DNA of 56,609 nucleotides. Origin: a bacterium. GTDB taxonomy: Bacteria; Bacteroidota; Rhodothermia; Rhodothermales; UBA10348. Numbering within the stretch: position 1 is the first letter of the stretch; each line of letters starts with the position of its first letter. The notes beneath the pieces were generated by a model. The model was not told where the DNA came from and did no database searches. It saw nothing but the letters and a program-made list of their open reading frames with translations. Both the position numbers and the translations under genes were made by a program. The stretch is from NCBI GenBank assembly GCA_013204185.1, contig JABMOI010000015.1:1-56609 (forward strand), in the 5' to 3' direction. This document shows, one piece after another, positions 47,770 to 56,609 of this stretch.

Positions 47770-49443
47770 ATGAGCGATCAAAAAATTATCTTTTCGATGG
47801 TCGGTGTAGGTAAAATCTACAAAACGACCAAAAAACAGGTTCTCAAAGACATTTATCTATCGTTTTTCTACGGCGCCAAGATTGGCGTCCTCGGTCTAAA
47901 CGGTTCTGGTAAAAGTACGCTCATGCGCATTATTGCCGGATTGGACAAGGACTATTTGGGAACGATTGAGAGTCAAAAAGGCATCACCTTCGGCTATTTG
48001 TCTCAGGAACCAGAAATGGATGCCAATGCCACAGTTCGTGACATTATCGAGGAAGGCGCCGGCGAAGCAGCTCGGGTGATGAAGGCCTACAACGCGGTAA
48101 ACGATAAATTTGCTGAGCCTGATGCTGACTTTGAAGTCCTCATGGCAGAGCAAGCCAAGCTCCAAGACCGGATTGAAGCGCTCGATGCGTGGGATCTTGA
48201 AAGCCGTCTGGATATGGCCATGGACGCACTTCGGTGCCCTCCTTCTGATGCCAAGATTGGCGTTCTCTCGGGTGGTGAAAAGCGCCGCGTAGCAATGGTC
48301 CGTTTGCTTCTTCAGAAACCAGACGTATTGCTACTGGATGAGCCTACCAACCATTTGGATGCCGAAAGCGTGGCATGGCTCGAGCAGCATTTGGCCCGAT
48401 ACGAAGGCACCGTCATTGCGGTAACGCATGATAGATACTTTTTGGACAACGTCGCTGGCTGGATTCTGGAATTGGACCGGGGCCAAGGCATTCCTTTTGA
48501 AGGAAATTACTCCTCATGGCTCGAGCAGAAACAGAAACGACTCGCACAGGAAGAAAAGCAGGAATCCAAGAAACAGCGAGCGTTGCAGCAAGAATTGGAA
48601 TGGGTTCGGATGTCTCCAAAAGGACGGCATGCTAAGAGCAAAGCGCGTATCTCGGCCTACGAGAAAATGGCACAGGAGCAGAGCGAAAAGCGACAGGACG
48701 ACGTTCAGATCCCTATTCAACACGGTCCTCGTCTCGGCCAGCAAGTCATTGCAGCAGAAGGCATTGCGAAGGGTTATGACGACAAACTGCTCTACGACAA
48801 CCTAACATTTAACCTCCCTCCAGGGGGTATTATCGGCATTGTTGGTCCGAACGGCGCCGGTAAAACAACGTTATTCCGGATGATAACCGGACAGGAAAAG
48901 CCAGACTCAGGTACGTTTGCCGTCGGAAACACAGTGAAACTGGGTTACATCGACCAGGACCGCCCACTGGACGCGGGCAAAACGGTATGGCAGGAAATTT
49001 CTGACGGACTCGATTTTATCACACTTGGAAATCGCGAAGTCAACTCCAGAGCCTACGTGGGTCAGTTCAACTTCTCAGGGAGTGACCAACAAAAATTGGT
49101 TACCGAGCTCTCCGGTGGTGAACGAAATAGAGTTCACCTTGCGAAAATGCTCAAGGAAGGCGCCAACGTGCTCTTGCTGGATGAGCCTACCAACGATTTG
49201 GATGTGAACACGCTTCGCGCCCTCGAAGAAGCCTTGCTCAACTTTGTAGGTTGCGCGGTGGTCATTTCGCATGATAGATGGTTCCTAGACCGAATTGCCA
49301 CACACATTCTAGCCTTTGAAGGCAACAGTGAAGTGGTTTGGTTTGATGGAAATTACAGCGACTACGAAGCGAACCGTAAAGAACGTCTCGGCATGGAAGC
49401 AGACCAACCACATCGAATCAAGTATCGCCACCTGACGCGGTAA
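47770..49443 (+). CDS. ettA: Energy-dependent translational throttle protein (ABC-F)
   Basis: LKDIYLSFFYGAKIGVLGLNGSGKST, two ABC cassettes, ELEWVR.SPKGR.AKSKAR linker, PHRIKYR tail; ATG 47770. Confidence 0.96.
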   Translation: MSDQKIIFSMVGVGKIYKTTKKQVLKDIYLSFFYGAKIGVLGLNGSGKSTLMRIIAGLDKDYLGTIESQKGITFGYLSQEPEMDANATVRDIIEEGAGEAARVMKAYNAVNDKFAEPDADFEVLMAEQAKLQDRIEALDAWDLESRLDMAMDALRCPPSDAKIGVLSGGEKRRVAMVRLLLQKPDVLLLDEPTNHLDAESVAWLEQHLARYEGTVIAVTHDRYFLDNVAGWILELDRGQGIPFEGNYSSWLEQKQKRLAQEEKQESKKQRALQQELEWVRMSPKGRHAKSKARISAYEKMAQEQSEKRQDDVQIPIQHGPRLGQQVIAAEGIAKGYDDKLLYDNLTFNLPPGGIIGIVGPNGAGKTTLFRMITGQEKPDSGTFAVGNTVKLGYIDQDRPLDAGKTVWQEISDGLDFITLGNREVNSRAYVGQFNFSGSDQQKLVTELSGGERNRVHLAKMLKEGANVLLLDEPTNDLDVNTLRALEEALLNFVGCAVVISHDRWFLDRIATHILAFEGNSEVVWFDGNYSDYEANRKERLGMEADQPHRIKYRHLTR

Positions 49444-49450
49444 TTAGGGC

Positions 49451-50527
49451 TTAGTTGGCGGTTTTTAATTCCAACAAAAACGCCTTGGCTCGGTCTATAC
49501 TGCCTTCCAAGGTGAGCGGATTGTGGTCGCCTCCTTCGTACAAGAACGACTGGAATTGCTCAGCCGTTTTGCCGGCATTTTCCATGGCTTTAATCATGGC
49601 TTCGGCCTGAGAAACGGGCACCACTTGGTCTGCCGTGCCGTGATGAATTTGCAGGCGGTCAATTCTATCGACAAACAGTACAGCTGAACGGCGAACCATT
49701 TCTAGCCGTACTTCTTCGAGGGACACTTCTCCGGCCTGATACGGCAGCAACAATTCATCCGACAAAAATTCTAGGCCCGGCAAATCACGAGGACTTCCGA
49801 GCAATATGTCGCGGGATACGTCCTGAACAAACGTCCCAAAAAAGTCAGTCGGGCCAAAAAAGTCGAGCACAGCGTCTACTTGTTCGTTGCGAACGTCCAT
49901 CAGCATACCAACACCTGCGCCACGGCTAAACCCGAGCACCCCAATGCGGTCAGGGTCTGCGCCCGGCACGAGGCTTGCCGCCACGTTTACAAGCGACAAG
50001 GCATCGTCCACATCCCGGTCCCATGGGCTCGGAGGGCCATCGGACTTCCACGTTGTATTCTGAAACGAAATGGTCTCATCCCGGAATGACGGAATTACGT
50101 AAACGAACTGATCGGCTTCGTCTGCAAAAAAGCTGAGTACGAGCTGAACTTCCTGATCCACACTGATGCCGTTATCTCCTCCGTGAGAATACACCACTAT
50201 GGGCGCCCCTCGAGGATCCAAACCGTTCGCATAGATAATGGCCCCAAAGTGCTTCACGCCACCAACAAGGTGAGACACAACTTGGATGGTGCCAGGAGTA
50301 CTTCCAAGCAGAATAGGCTGCTGCAGTGCCACCTGAACGCCTTCAACAGGATATTCTCGACTGGCCCAATCAATTTTGACCGCATTAATTTCAGATTGCG
50401 TGGGAGTTGCGAAAAGCGTTGAGAAATCCACCCCACCAATAATTTGATCTTCACCTAGATTGGACGAAAGCTCACATCCAGCGCTTAGAACGGAAACCAA
50501 CAGAACTAGCAATACAAAACGCTTCAT
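49451..50527 (-). CDS. Alpha/beta hydrolase lipoprotein (peptidase S9/esterase-like)
   Basis: Lipobox SAGC; HGG, GFSRG nucleophile elbow, HGTADQVVP, GDH; ATG 50527. Confidence 0.85.
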   Translation of the reverse strand: MKRFVLLVLLVSVLSAGCELSSNLGEDQIIGGVDFSTLFATPTQSEINAVKIDWASREYPVEGVQVALQQPILLGSTPGTIQVVSHLVGGVKHFGAIIYANGLDPRGAPIVVYSHGGDNGISVDQEVQLVLSFFADEADQFVYVIPSFRDETISFQNTTWKSDGPPSPWDRDVDDALSLVNVAASLVPGADPDRIGVLGFSRGAGVGMLMDVRNEQVDAVLDFFGPTDFFGTFVQDVSRDILLGSPRDLPGLEFLSDELLLPYQAGEVSLEEVRLEMVRRSAVLFVDRIDRLQIHHGTADQVVPVSQAEAMIKAMENAGKTAEQFQSFLYEGGDHNPLTLEGSIDRAKAFLLELKTAN

Positions 50528-50655
50528 GCCATTCCCCATGTTAAAATGAATGACTCTCAACGAGGAAATCGAACTTCGGATTCCATTGAAAGAAAACTTC
50601 CATAAAAGCAGACTTCTTAGTCTTTTAATAAACGAGCTAAGTTTGCAAACGAATG

Positions 50656-50680
50656 CTTATTTAGATTCAGTCTAAATAAG
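50656..50680. promoter_or_regulatory. Perfect palindrome upstream of the FecA-like receptor (candidate Fur/iron box)
   Basis: CTTATTTAGA-ttcag-TCTAAATAAG, 26 bp before ATG 50707. Confidence 0.7.
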
Positions 50681-50706
50681 GACATCGAATCAAATTGGCT
50701 TGTTTC

Positions 50707-53169
50707 ATGTACGCCCGATTACTTTTTGCAGCTATTTTGGCCCTGACGAGCGCTCCCGCTGTCTATTCCCAGAATACCCTAGGCACAATTAGAGGCACGA
50801 TAATAGACGCCGTGACGGGCACATTTCTTCCGGATGCTCACATTGAACTTTCGGAAGCAAATCGCTATGCCACGTCGAACAGAAATGGGGGATTTGAACT
50901 CAAAAGCGTGGCACAAGGAACGTTTAACTTGAATGTTTCCATGATGGGATATGAAAACATCCAGGTATCGGTGACCGTGCGCACAGGACAGACTGCCTTG
51001 GTGTCCGTCGAACTCATCCGTTCTATTGTTGAAATACCTGAACTGATCGTAGAGCGCGAATCTATTCTGGGCGGCGTCCGACATGCCAACTCCCTTCCGG
51101 CCTCAGCCCATCGGATTTCACATCGTCAGATTGAAAAATTTCAGCATTCGGATGTCAGCCGAGCGCTGCGCTCCGTGCCTGGTTTGAATATACAGGAAGA
51201 GGACGGGTTTGGATTGCGGCCAAACATTGGCATTCGCGGAACGGGATCAGAACGGAGTTCAAAAATATCGGTTATGGAAGACGGCATTCTCACGGCGCCA
51301 GCTCCGTATTCCGCACCTGCAGCCTACTACTTCCCGACCTTTGGACGCATGAGCGAAATTGAAATCAGAAAAGGGTCCAGCCAGATCAAATACGGCCCCT
51401 ACACCACCGGTGGCGCTATCAACTTTTTGTCTACGCCGCTCCCGGATCGGACCAAGATCAACGTGAAACTGTCTGGTGGAAGCTACCATTCCAAATTGTC
51501 CCTTCTTCAGGCAGGTCACGCGTTTGCCAACGGCGCGTTTCTGGTTGAATCGTATCGTAACCAGTCCGGGGGATTTAAGAATTTGGATCTCGGTGGCCCC
51601 ACCGGCTTCAACAAAAACGACCTGTTGGCCAAATTTAGGCTGAATACGTCGCCCGGCGCGGCCATGTACCAGGCGATTTTCGTGAAACTGCTCAAGACCA
51701 ATGAAGCGTCAGACGAAACCTATCTAGGACTCACCGGAGCTGATTTCAATAGCAATCCCTTTCGCAGATACGCCGGATCTGGCAAGGACCAAATGAAGGC
51801 CGACTTCGGTCAAGCCGTGATTCGCCATCTGATCCAGGTCACGAGCACCACGCGCATCACAACAACTGGCTATTTTTCACGTTTTTCCCGCAACTGGTAC
51901 AAGTTGGACTCTGTCCTCCCGACTGGTAGCGGCAAGGTTGGTATTGCACCTATGTTGTCCGATCCCGAATTGTACGCCCAAGCTTTGGGCCTTGTGGCTG
52001 GAACAAGTTTTGATCCCAACGATCGCCTATCAGTCAAAGCGAACAACAGAGATTACACATCTAATGGACTCCAAACGGAGGTTTCGACCTCTTTTGACGC
52101 CTTGGGTGTGTCTCACACAATAGAATCGGGGCTCCGCTTTCATCGCGATGAAATGGACCGGTTTCAATGGGTGGACCAATTTTCAATTCAGGATGGCATC
52201 ATGTCCCTTTCTGAACATGGCATTCCGGGGTCGGACAGCAACAGAATTGAGTCGGCTCGCGCTCGCGCGTTCTTTTTCCTGGACACGATCCAATTCGGTC
52301 GATTTACGGTTGAGCCAGGTATCCGCCACGAAAACATCGCCCTTTCCAGGCGGGATTATGGCAAGCAGGATCCCGCTCGCAGTGGCATTGCACTATCCGA
52401 AAGAACCAACAGGGTCGAGGTATGGATTCCAGGTATCAGCGCTGCCTTTCATTCATTCGAAAACCTGTCCTTTTTCGCCGGCTCGCACAAAGGGTTTGCC
52501 CCGCCGGGCTCCAAAGAGGGTACAAGACCGGAAAAAAGCATCAATCTGGAATCCGGCTTTAGATTTAAAAAACAGACCCTCCGAGCCGACATCGCCATAT
52601 TCTACACCAACTATCAAAATCTGCTCGGTTCTGACTTGGCATCGGCAGGTGGCACCGGATCCGGCGATCAATTTAACGGTGGCGCCGCCAGGGTGAGAGG
52701 TGTGGAAGCATTGCTTTCACACAACCTTGGAGACCTGACTGACTGGGCGTTTTCACTGCCGCTTACCTTGACTTATACGTGGACGGACGCTGTCTTCAAG
52801 TCTTCCTTTGAGAGCGAATTTGAACCGTGGGGGGCCATTCAAAACGGATTCGAACTGCCTTATGTGGCTCGGAATGTAGCCTCCCTGCAGGCTGGGATTG
52901 AGGGCAACAAATTCGACCTAGATGTCCAAGTGTCTTACTCTTCGCCCATGCGCACGGAAGCAGGAAAGGGGCCCATGCACGAATCGGAATCAACCGATGC
53001 CCACGTGGTCATGGACTTGGGGAGTTCCTATCAAGCGACCCCGCAGTTGAAGCTCTTTTTCGGTATTCAAAACGTCACTAACAGTGTGTACATAGCTGCA
53101 AGAAGGCCTGCTGGATTGCGCCCGGGGCTCCCCCGTACCATCACGGCAGGTATGACGCTGTCTCTTTGA
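50707..53169 (+). CDS. FecA-like TonB-dependent receptor (probable iron uptake)
   Basis: Signal peptide; VPG..IQEEDGFGLRPNIGIRGTGSERSSKI..MEDG...APAPYSAPAAYYFP plug; KGSSQIKYGP.T.GGAIN; RPAGLRPGLPR tail. Confidence 0.92.
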   Translation: MYARLLFAAILALTSAPAVYSQNTLGTIRGTIIDAVTGTFLPDAHIELSEANRYATSNRNGGFELKSVAQGTFNLNVSMMGYENIQVSVTVRTGQTALVSVELIRSIVEIPELIVERESILGGVRHANSLPASAHRISHRQIEKFQHSDVSRALRSVPGLNIQEEDGFGLRPNIGIRGTGSERSSKISVMEDGILTAPAPYSAPAAYYFPTFGRMSEIEIRKGSSQIKYGPYTTGGAINFLSTPLPDRTKINVKLSGGSYHSKLSLLQAGHAFANGAFLVESYRNQSGGFKNLDLGGPTGFNKNDLLAKFRLNTSPGAAMYQAIFVKLLKTNEASDETYLGLTGADFNSNPFRRYAGSGKDQMKADFGQAVIRHLIQVTSTTRITTTGYFSRFSRNWYKLDSVLPTGSGKVGIAPMLSDPELYAQALGLVAGTSFDPNDRLSVKANNRDYTSNGLQTEVSTSFDALGVSHTIESGLRFHRDEMDRFQWVDQFSIQDGIMSLSEHGIPGSDSNRIESARARAFFFLDTIQFGRFTVEPGIRHENIALSRRDYGKQDPARSGIALSERTNRVEVWIPGISAAFHSFENLSFFAGSHKGFAPPGSKEGTRPEKSINLESGFRFKKQTLRADIAIFYTNYQNLLGSDLASAGGTGSGDQFNGGAARVRGVEALLSHNLGDLTDWAFSLPLTLTYTWTDAVFKSSFESEFEPWGAIQNGFELPYVARNVASLQAGIEGNKFDLDVQVSYSSPMRTEAGKGPMHESESTDAHVVMDLGSSYQATPQLKLFFGIQNVTNSVYIAARRPAGLRPGLPRTITAGMTLSL

Positions 53170-53295
53170 GCCGCCTACCTCAGCACGTATGGTTTTCGAA
53201 AACCCTGTTTCCGCATTTCATGAACCCTTCCTGCTGCTCTTCGTTAACCGTGTTCTATGTTGCGCACCGATTCGGTCCACCATCCCACAGAGCCC

Positions 53296-54438
53296 ATGAA
53301 ACGTCCAATTTACTTTGACAACAACGCGACTACAGCGGTTGAACGGTCCGTTTTGGACAAGATGATTCCCTATTTCACGATGGAATACGGCAATCCTTCC
53401 AACACCAGCCACATGTATGGCTGGGCGGCAGATGAAGCAGTCCAAATTGCTCGCGAACAGCTGGCAAGCCTCTTAAGCGCCGATCCCACGGGTATTGTAT
53501 TCACCAGTGGCGCGACCGAGGCCATCAACCAGGTAATAAAAGGGTTGGGACACGGCAGAAAATCCGGTCACATCCTCACGGTTGCCACAGAACACAAGGC
53601 CGTCTTGAATGCGTGCGAGTGCTTGGCTGAAGATGGCATTGAAACCACCCTCCTTCCAGTCGATCAAAACGGCAGAATCACGGCCAAGCAAGTCAAAGAT
53701 GCGCTCCGCGATGACACCTTCCTTGTTGCTGTGATGTGGGCCAACAATGAAACGGGCGTCCTGCAACCCATTGATGAAATAGCAGAAATGCTCACGTCTC
53801 ATCCCGCTTTGTTTTTTACCGATGCCACGCAATCTATTGGCAAAGTCCCTGTTTCAGTTGAAGGCATTGATTTTCTAGCTCTATCGGCTCACAAGTTTTA
53901 CGGCCCCAAGGGCGTCGGAGCGTTGTATATCCGTCCTGGCCAACCCATCATTCAACTGCCCCAATTGCTGCACGGTGGAGCACAGGAAAAAGGACGTCGT
54001 GCTTCGACACTGAACGTACCCGGCATTGTAGGCTTAGGAGCCGCTGCAGAAATGTGCCACACCGGACTCGAAGCGCGTTTCGAAGAAATGAAATCCAGAC
54101 GGGATCAGTTCGAATCCAAATTATCAAGCCTATTTCCGGACCTCGCAATTCACGGCAAGGAAGTCCCGCGGCTACCTCAGACATCAAATGTCACGTTTCC
54201 AGGGATTCGAGCGGCAGAAATGATGGCCGAAATCGGACAAGTTGCCGTCTCCACGGGCAGCGCTTGTACGAGTGGGTCAGGAAAACCGAGTCACGTATTG
54301 TCTGCCATGGGACTGACTCCGGAGCAGGCGCAGGGCACCGTACGCTTTAGTATGGGAGCTCACACCACGGACGAAGAAATGAACCTAGCCGTTGAATTGT
54401 TTTCCACCTTTGCAGCACATCAAGCACAACTCGCATAA
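53296..54438 (+). CDS. iscS: Cysteine desulfurase (IscS/NifS type)
   Basis: IYFDNNATT, FTSGATE, EHKAV, NNETG, SAHKFYGPKG, STGSACTS and PSHVL motifs; ATG 53296. Confidence 0.88.
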   Translation: MKRPIYFDNNATTAVERSVLDKMIPYFTMEYGNPSNTSHMYGWAADEAVQIAREQLASLLSADPTGIVFTSGATEAINQVIKGLGHGRKSGHILTVATEHKAVLNACECLAEDGIETTLLPVDQNGRITAKQVKDALRDDTFLVAVMWANNETGVLQPIDEIAEMLTSHPALFFTDATQSIGKVPVSVEGIDFLALSAHKFYGPKGVGALYIRPGQPIIQLPQLLHGGAQEKGRRASTLNVPGIVGLGAAAEMCHTGLEARFEEMKSRRDQFESKLSSLFPDLAIHGKEVPRLPQTSNVTFPGIRAAEMMAEIGQVAVSTGSACTSGSGKPSHVLSAMGLTPEQAQGTVRFSMGAHTTDEEMNLAVELFSTFAAHQAQLA

Positions 54439-54941
54439 TGGAAGTCATCAAAAACAAAGTGGCGGATAGCGGGATTTTGGTCTTCAATTTGGACGACCTG
54501 CTCGAAACGTATGAGATCAAGGAAATTGACTTAGCGCCTTTTCTTTATCGCGGGTTTGTTTTGCGCGAAAAGGAATTCCGCCAGACGCTAAAGGACATGG
54601 ACTGGTCCACCTATCAAGGTGCGCATGTCGGTGTGTTTTGCTCCACGGATGCCATTATTCCGACCTGGGCCTATATGCTTGTAGCCGCGCAACTTGAAAA
54701 CGTGGCAGCCTCCGTTTCCTTCGCGAAAAATCCTGAAATCAAGAGCCGGGTATATCGAGAAGCATTGGGTGTATTTGATTGGTCCACGTACGCAGACAAG
54801 ATCGTTGTGATCAAAGGATGCGGAACGGGCGCCGTGCCCACGAGCGCCTATGTGGAAGCCACCACCCAATTGCAGCGAGTCGCCAAAAAGATTATGTACG
54901 GCGAGCCCTGTTCATCTGTCCCAGTTTGGCGCAAAAAGTGA
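54438..54941 (+). CDS. DUF2480 family protein
   Basis: I.NKVA.SG, LREKEFR, CSTDAIIPTWAYML, IKGC and MYGEPCSSVP motifs; TAATG coupling to iscS. Confidence 0.85.
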   Translation: MEVIKNKVADSGILVFNLDDLLETYEIKEIDLAPFLYRGFVLREKEFRQTLKDMDWSTYQGAHVGVFCSTDAIIPTWAYMLVAAQLENVAASVSFAKNPEIKSRVYREALGVFDWSTYADKIVVIKGCGTGAVPTSAYVEATTQLQRVAKKIMYGEPCSSVPVWRKK

Positions 54942-56050
54942 CCATTTCTTCTTCTGTGAAGGGATTTCTTGATGATTTGTTAGTTCGGTATCGACAGCAT
55001 GAACGGCTTGTCGGGTGGCTTTTTTTTGTTTCGGGGATTGTTTGGGACGCCCTGACCTTGCGGCGCATAGACAACGTCTTGGACAACGCCATCTTGTTGT
55101 CCTACTTGGGATTGCTTCTGTTTATCGTAGTCTCAGACATTCTGATTAAGGCCGACCGATATCACGGCGAACGGCTCGACAAGATCAAGCCTTGGCTCAC
55201 GCCCATCACCCAGTTTCTCTTGGGTGCGCTCCTTTCAGCCATCGTCATTTTTTATTCTCGAAGCATTGCGTGGGCATCCCATTTCGGGTTCTGGTTCATT
55301 CTAGTTGTGAGCATGGTTGCCAATGAGTTTTTGCATAGGAAAATCAACTCGTTAACTCCCATGCTGCTCATGTTGTGCGGCAGTTCAACCTTCATTTTGG
55401 CGTGGCTGTTTCCCGTGATGGCCGGAAGTATGTCCCCGTGGCTGTTCCGACTCGCTTGCCTTGCGGGCCTAGCGCTGAGCGGCGGAGTCTGGTATTTCGC
55501 CTTCCGAATGGGGCAGGCGCGAATTCATTGGTGGGGGTCTCTATCCATTTGGAGTTTAGTGGCCTTCGTTGTGGCGCTAAATGTGGGATATGAAAAGGAC
55601 TGGATCCCCCCTGTGCCTATGTCAGTCAAAACGGGAGGAGTCTATCAAAAGGCGGACAAACAAGGAGATTCCTACACGCTCGAGTACCTAACAGACAGCA
55701 AGTTTGTGTTCTTCCCAAGTTATGGAAAGCGGTTCTTTTACGAACCAGGGGACACGGTTTCATGCTTTACTTCCGTCTTTGCTCCCTCAGAAATGACAGA
55801 GCGAATATTCCATGTCTGGGAGCGCTATGATGCAAATACGGGTAGTTGGAAGGCCACCGATCGGAATGGATTCTCCGTCTCTGGAGGACGCGATTCTGGG
55901 TATCGAGGCCTAACCAAGAAGCGCAACGTGACGCTCGGATCTTGGCGCGTGGTGGTTGAAACGGCTCGGGGAAAGACGCTCAGCCGTATTCCATTTGAAG
56001 TCGTGGCCAAACCACAAAAAGACCTGCGCTGGATTGAGCGAATGAAATAG
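54938..56050 (+). CDS. Membrane protein with C-terminal DUF2914-like domain
   Basis: GTGA overlap with the upstream stop; F..G..WD.LTL.RID, multiple TMs, IPPVP.S, CFTSVFAP, I.H.W, GGR..GYRG..KK, G.WRV.VET..G. Confidence 0.8.
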   Translation: MTISSSVKGFLDDLLVRYRQHERLVGWLFFVSGIVWDALTLRRIDNVLDNAILLSYLGLLLFIVVSDILIKADRYHGERLDKIKPWLTPITQFLLGALLSAIVIFYSRSIAWASHFGFWFILVVSMVANEFLHRKINSLTPMLLMLCGSSTFILAWLFPVMAGSMSPWLFRLACLAGLALSGGVWYFAFRMGQARIHWWGSLSIWSLVAFVVALNVGYEKDWIPPVPMSVKTGGVYQKADKQGDSYTLEYLTDSKFVFFPSYGKRFFYEPGDTVSCFTSVFAPSEMTERIFHVWERYDANTGSWKATDRNGFSVSGGRDSGYRGLTKKRNVTLGSWRVVVETARGKTLSRIPFEVVAKPQKDLRWIERMK

Positions 56051-56079
56051 GTGCCGCGATTGATGCTGTGGAGCTCCTT

Positions 56080-56609
56080 CTAGCCTATTCTTGAAAGACG
56101 GAGACCCTGTCGTTCAAAAAACAGTTTGAAGTAGTTTCGCATTTCTGAATGCTCCGCTCTTTTCAGATCTGGATCGTCCTTCATCAGTTTAAATGCCGCC
56201 TCGCGGGCCTGATCCAATATGTGGGCGTCCGTCATGAGGTCAGCAATACGAAAGGTTGGAAGTCCACTCTGTCTCGTCCCAAAGAAGTCCCCAGCACCCC
56301 TGAGCTCCATATCGAACTCGCTGATCTTGAAGCCATCCGTGGTCGATTCCATGGCGCGCAAGCGGCGTTTCGACTCTTCAGACTGTCTGTATTCGGCCAT
56401 GAGAATGCACGTGCTGGCATGCTTGCCTCGCCCTATTCGTCCGCGCAACTGGTGCAATTGGCTCAAACCGAAGCGTTCTGCATGCTCAATGAGCATAAAC
56501 GTGGCATTGGGCACATCGACGCCCACTTCGATAACCGTTGTGGAAACTAAAATGCCCGATTCTCCCGAACCGAAACGAGCCATCACCGCTTCTTTTTCAG
56601 CTGATTTCA
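56080..56609 (-). CDS. recG: ATP-dependent DNA helicase RecG, 3' part (starts beyond the window)
   Basis: STTVIEVGVDVPNA, AERFGLSQLHQLRGRIGRG and DGF.I.E.D..LRG.GDFFGTRQSG motifs. Confidence 0.97.
   Translation of the reverse strand, partial: KSAEKEAVMARFGSGESGILVSTTVIEVGVDVPNATFMLIEHAERFGLSQLHQLRGRIGRGKHASTCILMAEYRQSEESKRRLRAMESTTDGFKISEFDMELRGAGDFFGTRQSGLPTFRIADLMTDAHILDQAREAAFKLMKDDPDLKRAEHSEMRNYFKLFFERQGLRLSRIG

Overview
A gene-dense, roughly 50% GC bacterial chromosome segment. T9SS-type C-terminal domains, a miaB/sigma-54 activator/lptE cluster, DUF2480, DUF4290 and TAnnTTTG-like promoters suggest the FCB group, probably Rhodothermota/Bacteroidota (inferred). Housekeeping genes: atpD (partial), thiL, anmK, miaB, yebC, ruvC, tig, clpP, katG, ettA, a cysteine desulfurase and recG (partial). 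These are interleaved with envelope genes: two TonB-dependent receptors, a peptidase+propeller+Omp85 fusion, a Zn metalloprotease, a choice-of-anchor B protein and three tandem T9SS cargo paralogs. Two small accessory cassettes stand out. (i) An AT-richer cassette at about 18.4-20.3 kb encodes a DUF6036-like nucleotidyltransferase overlapping a larger winged-HTH protein. It is preceded by three AGTTSAACT palindromes at a 22-bp period and followed by a decayed XRE-HTH gene. This is the best candidate for an undescribed toxin-antitoxin or anti-phage system. (ii) A DUF4160-like + HTH pair at 38.7-39.4 kb. Several candidate operator sites are visible directly in the DNA. I saw no rRNA, tRNA, CRISPR array, transposase or integrase. 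All family names come from motif recognition, not database searches.
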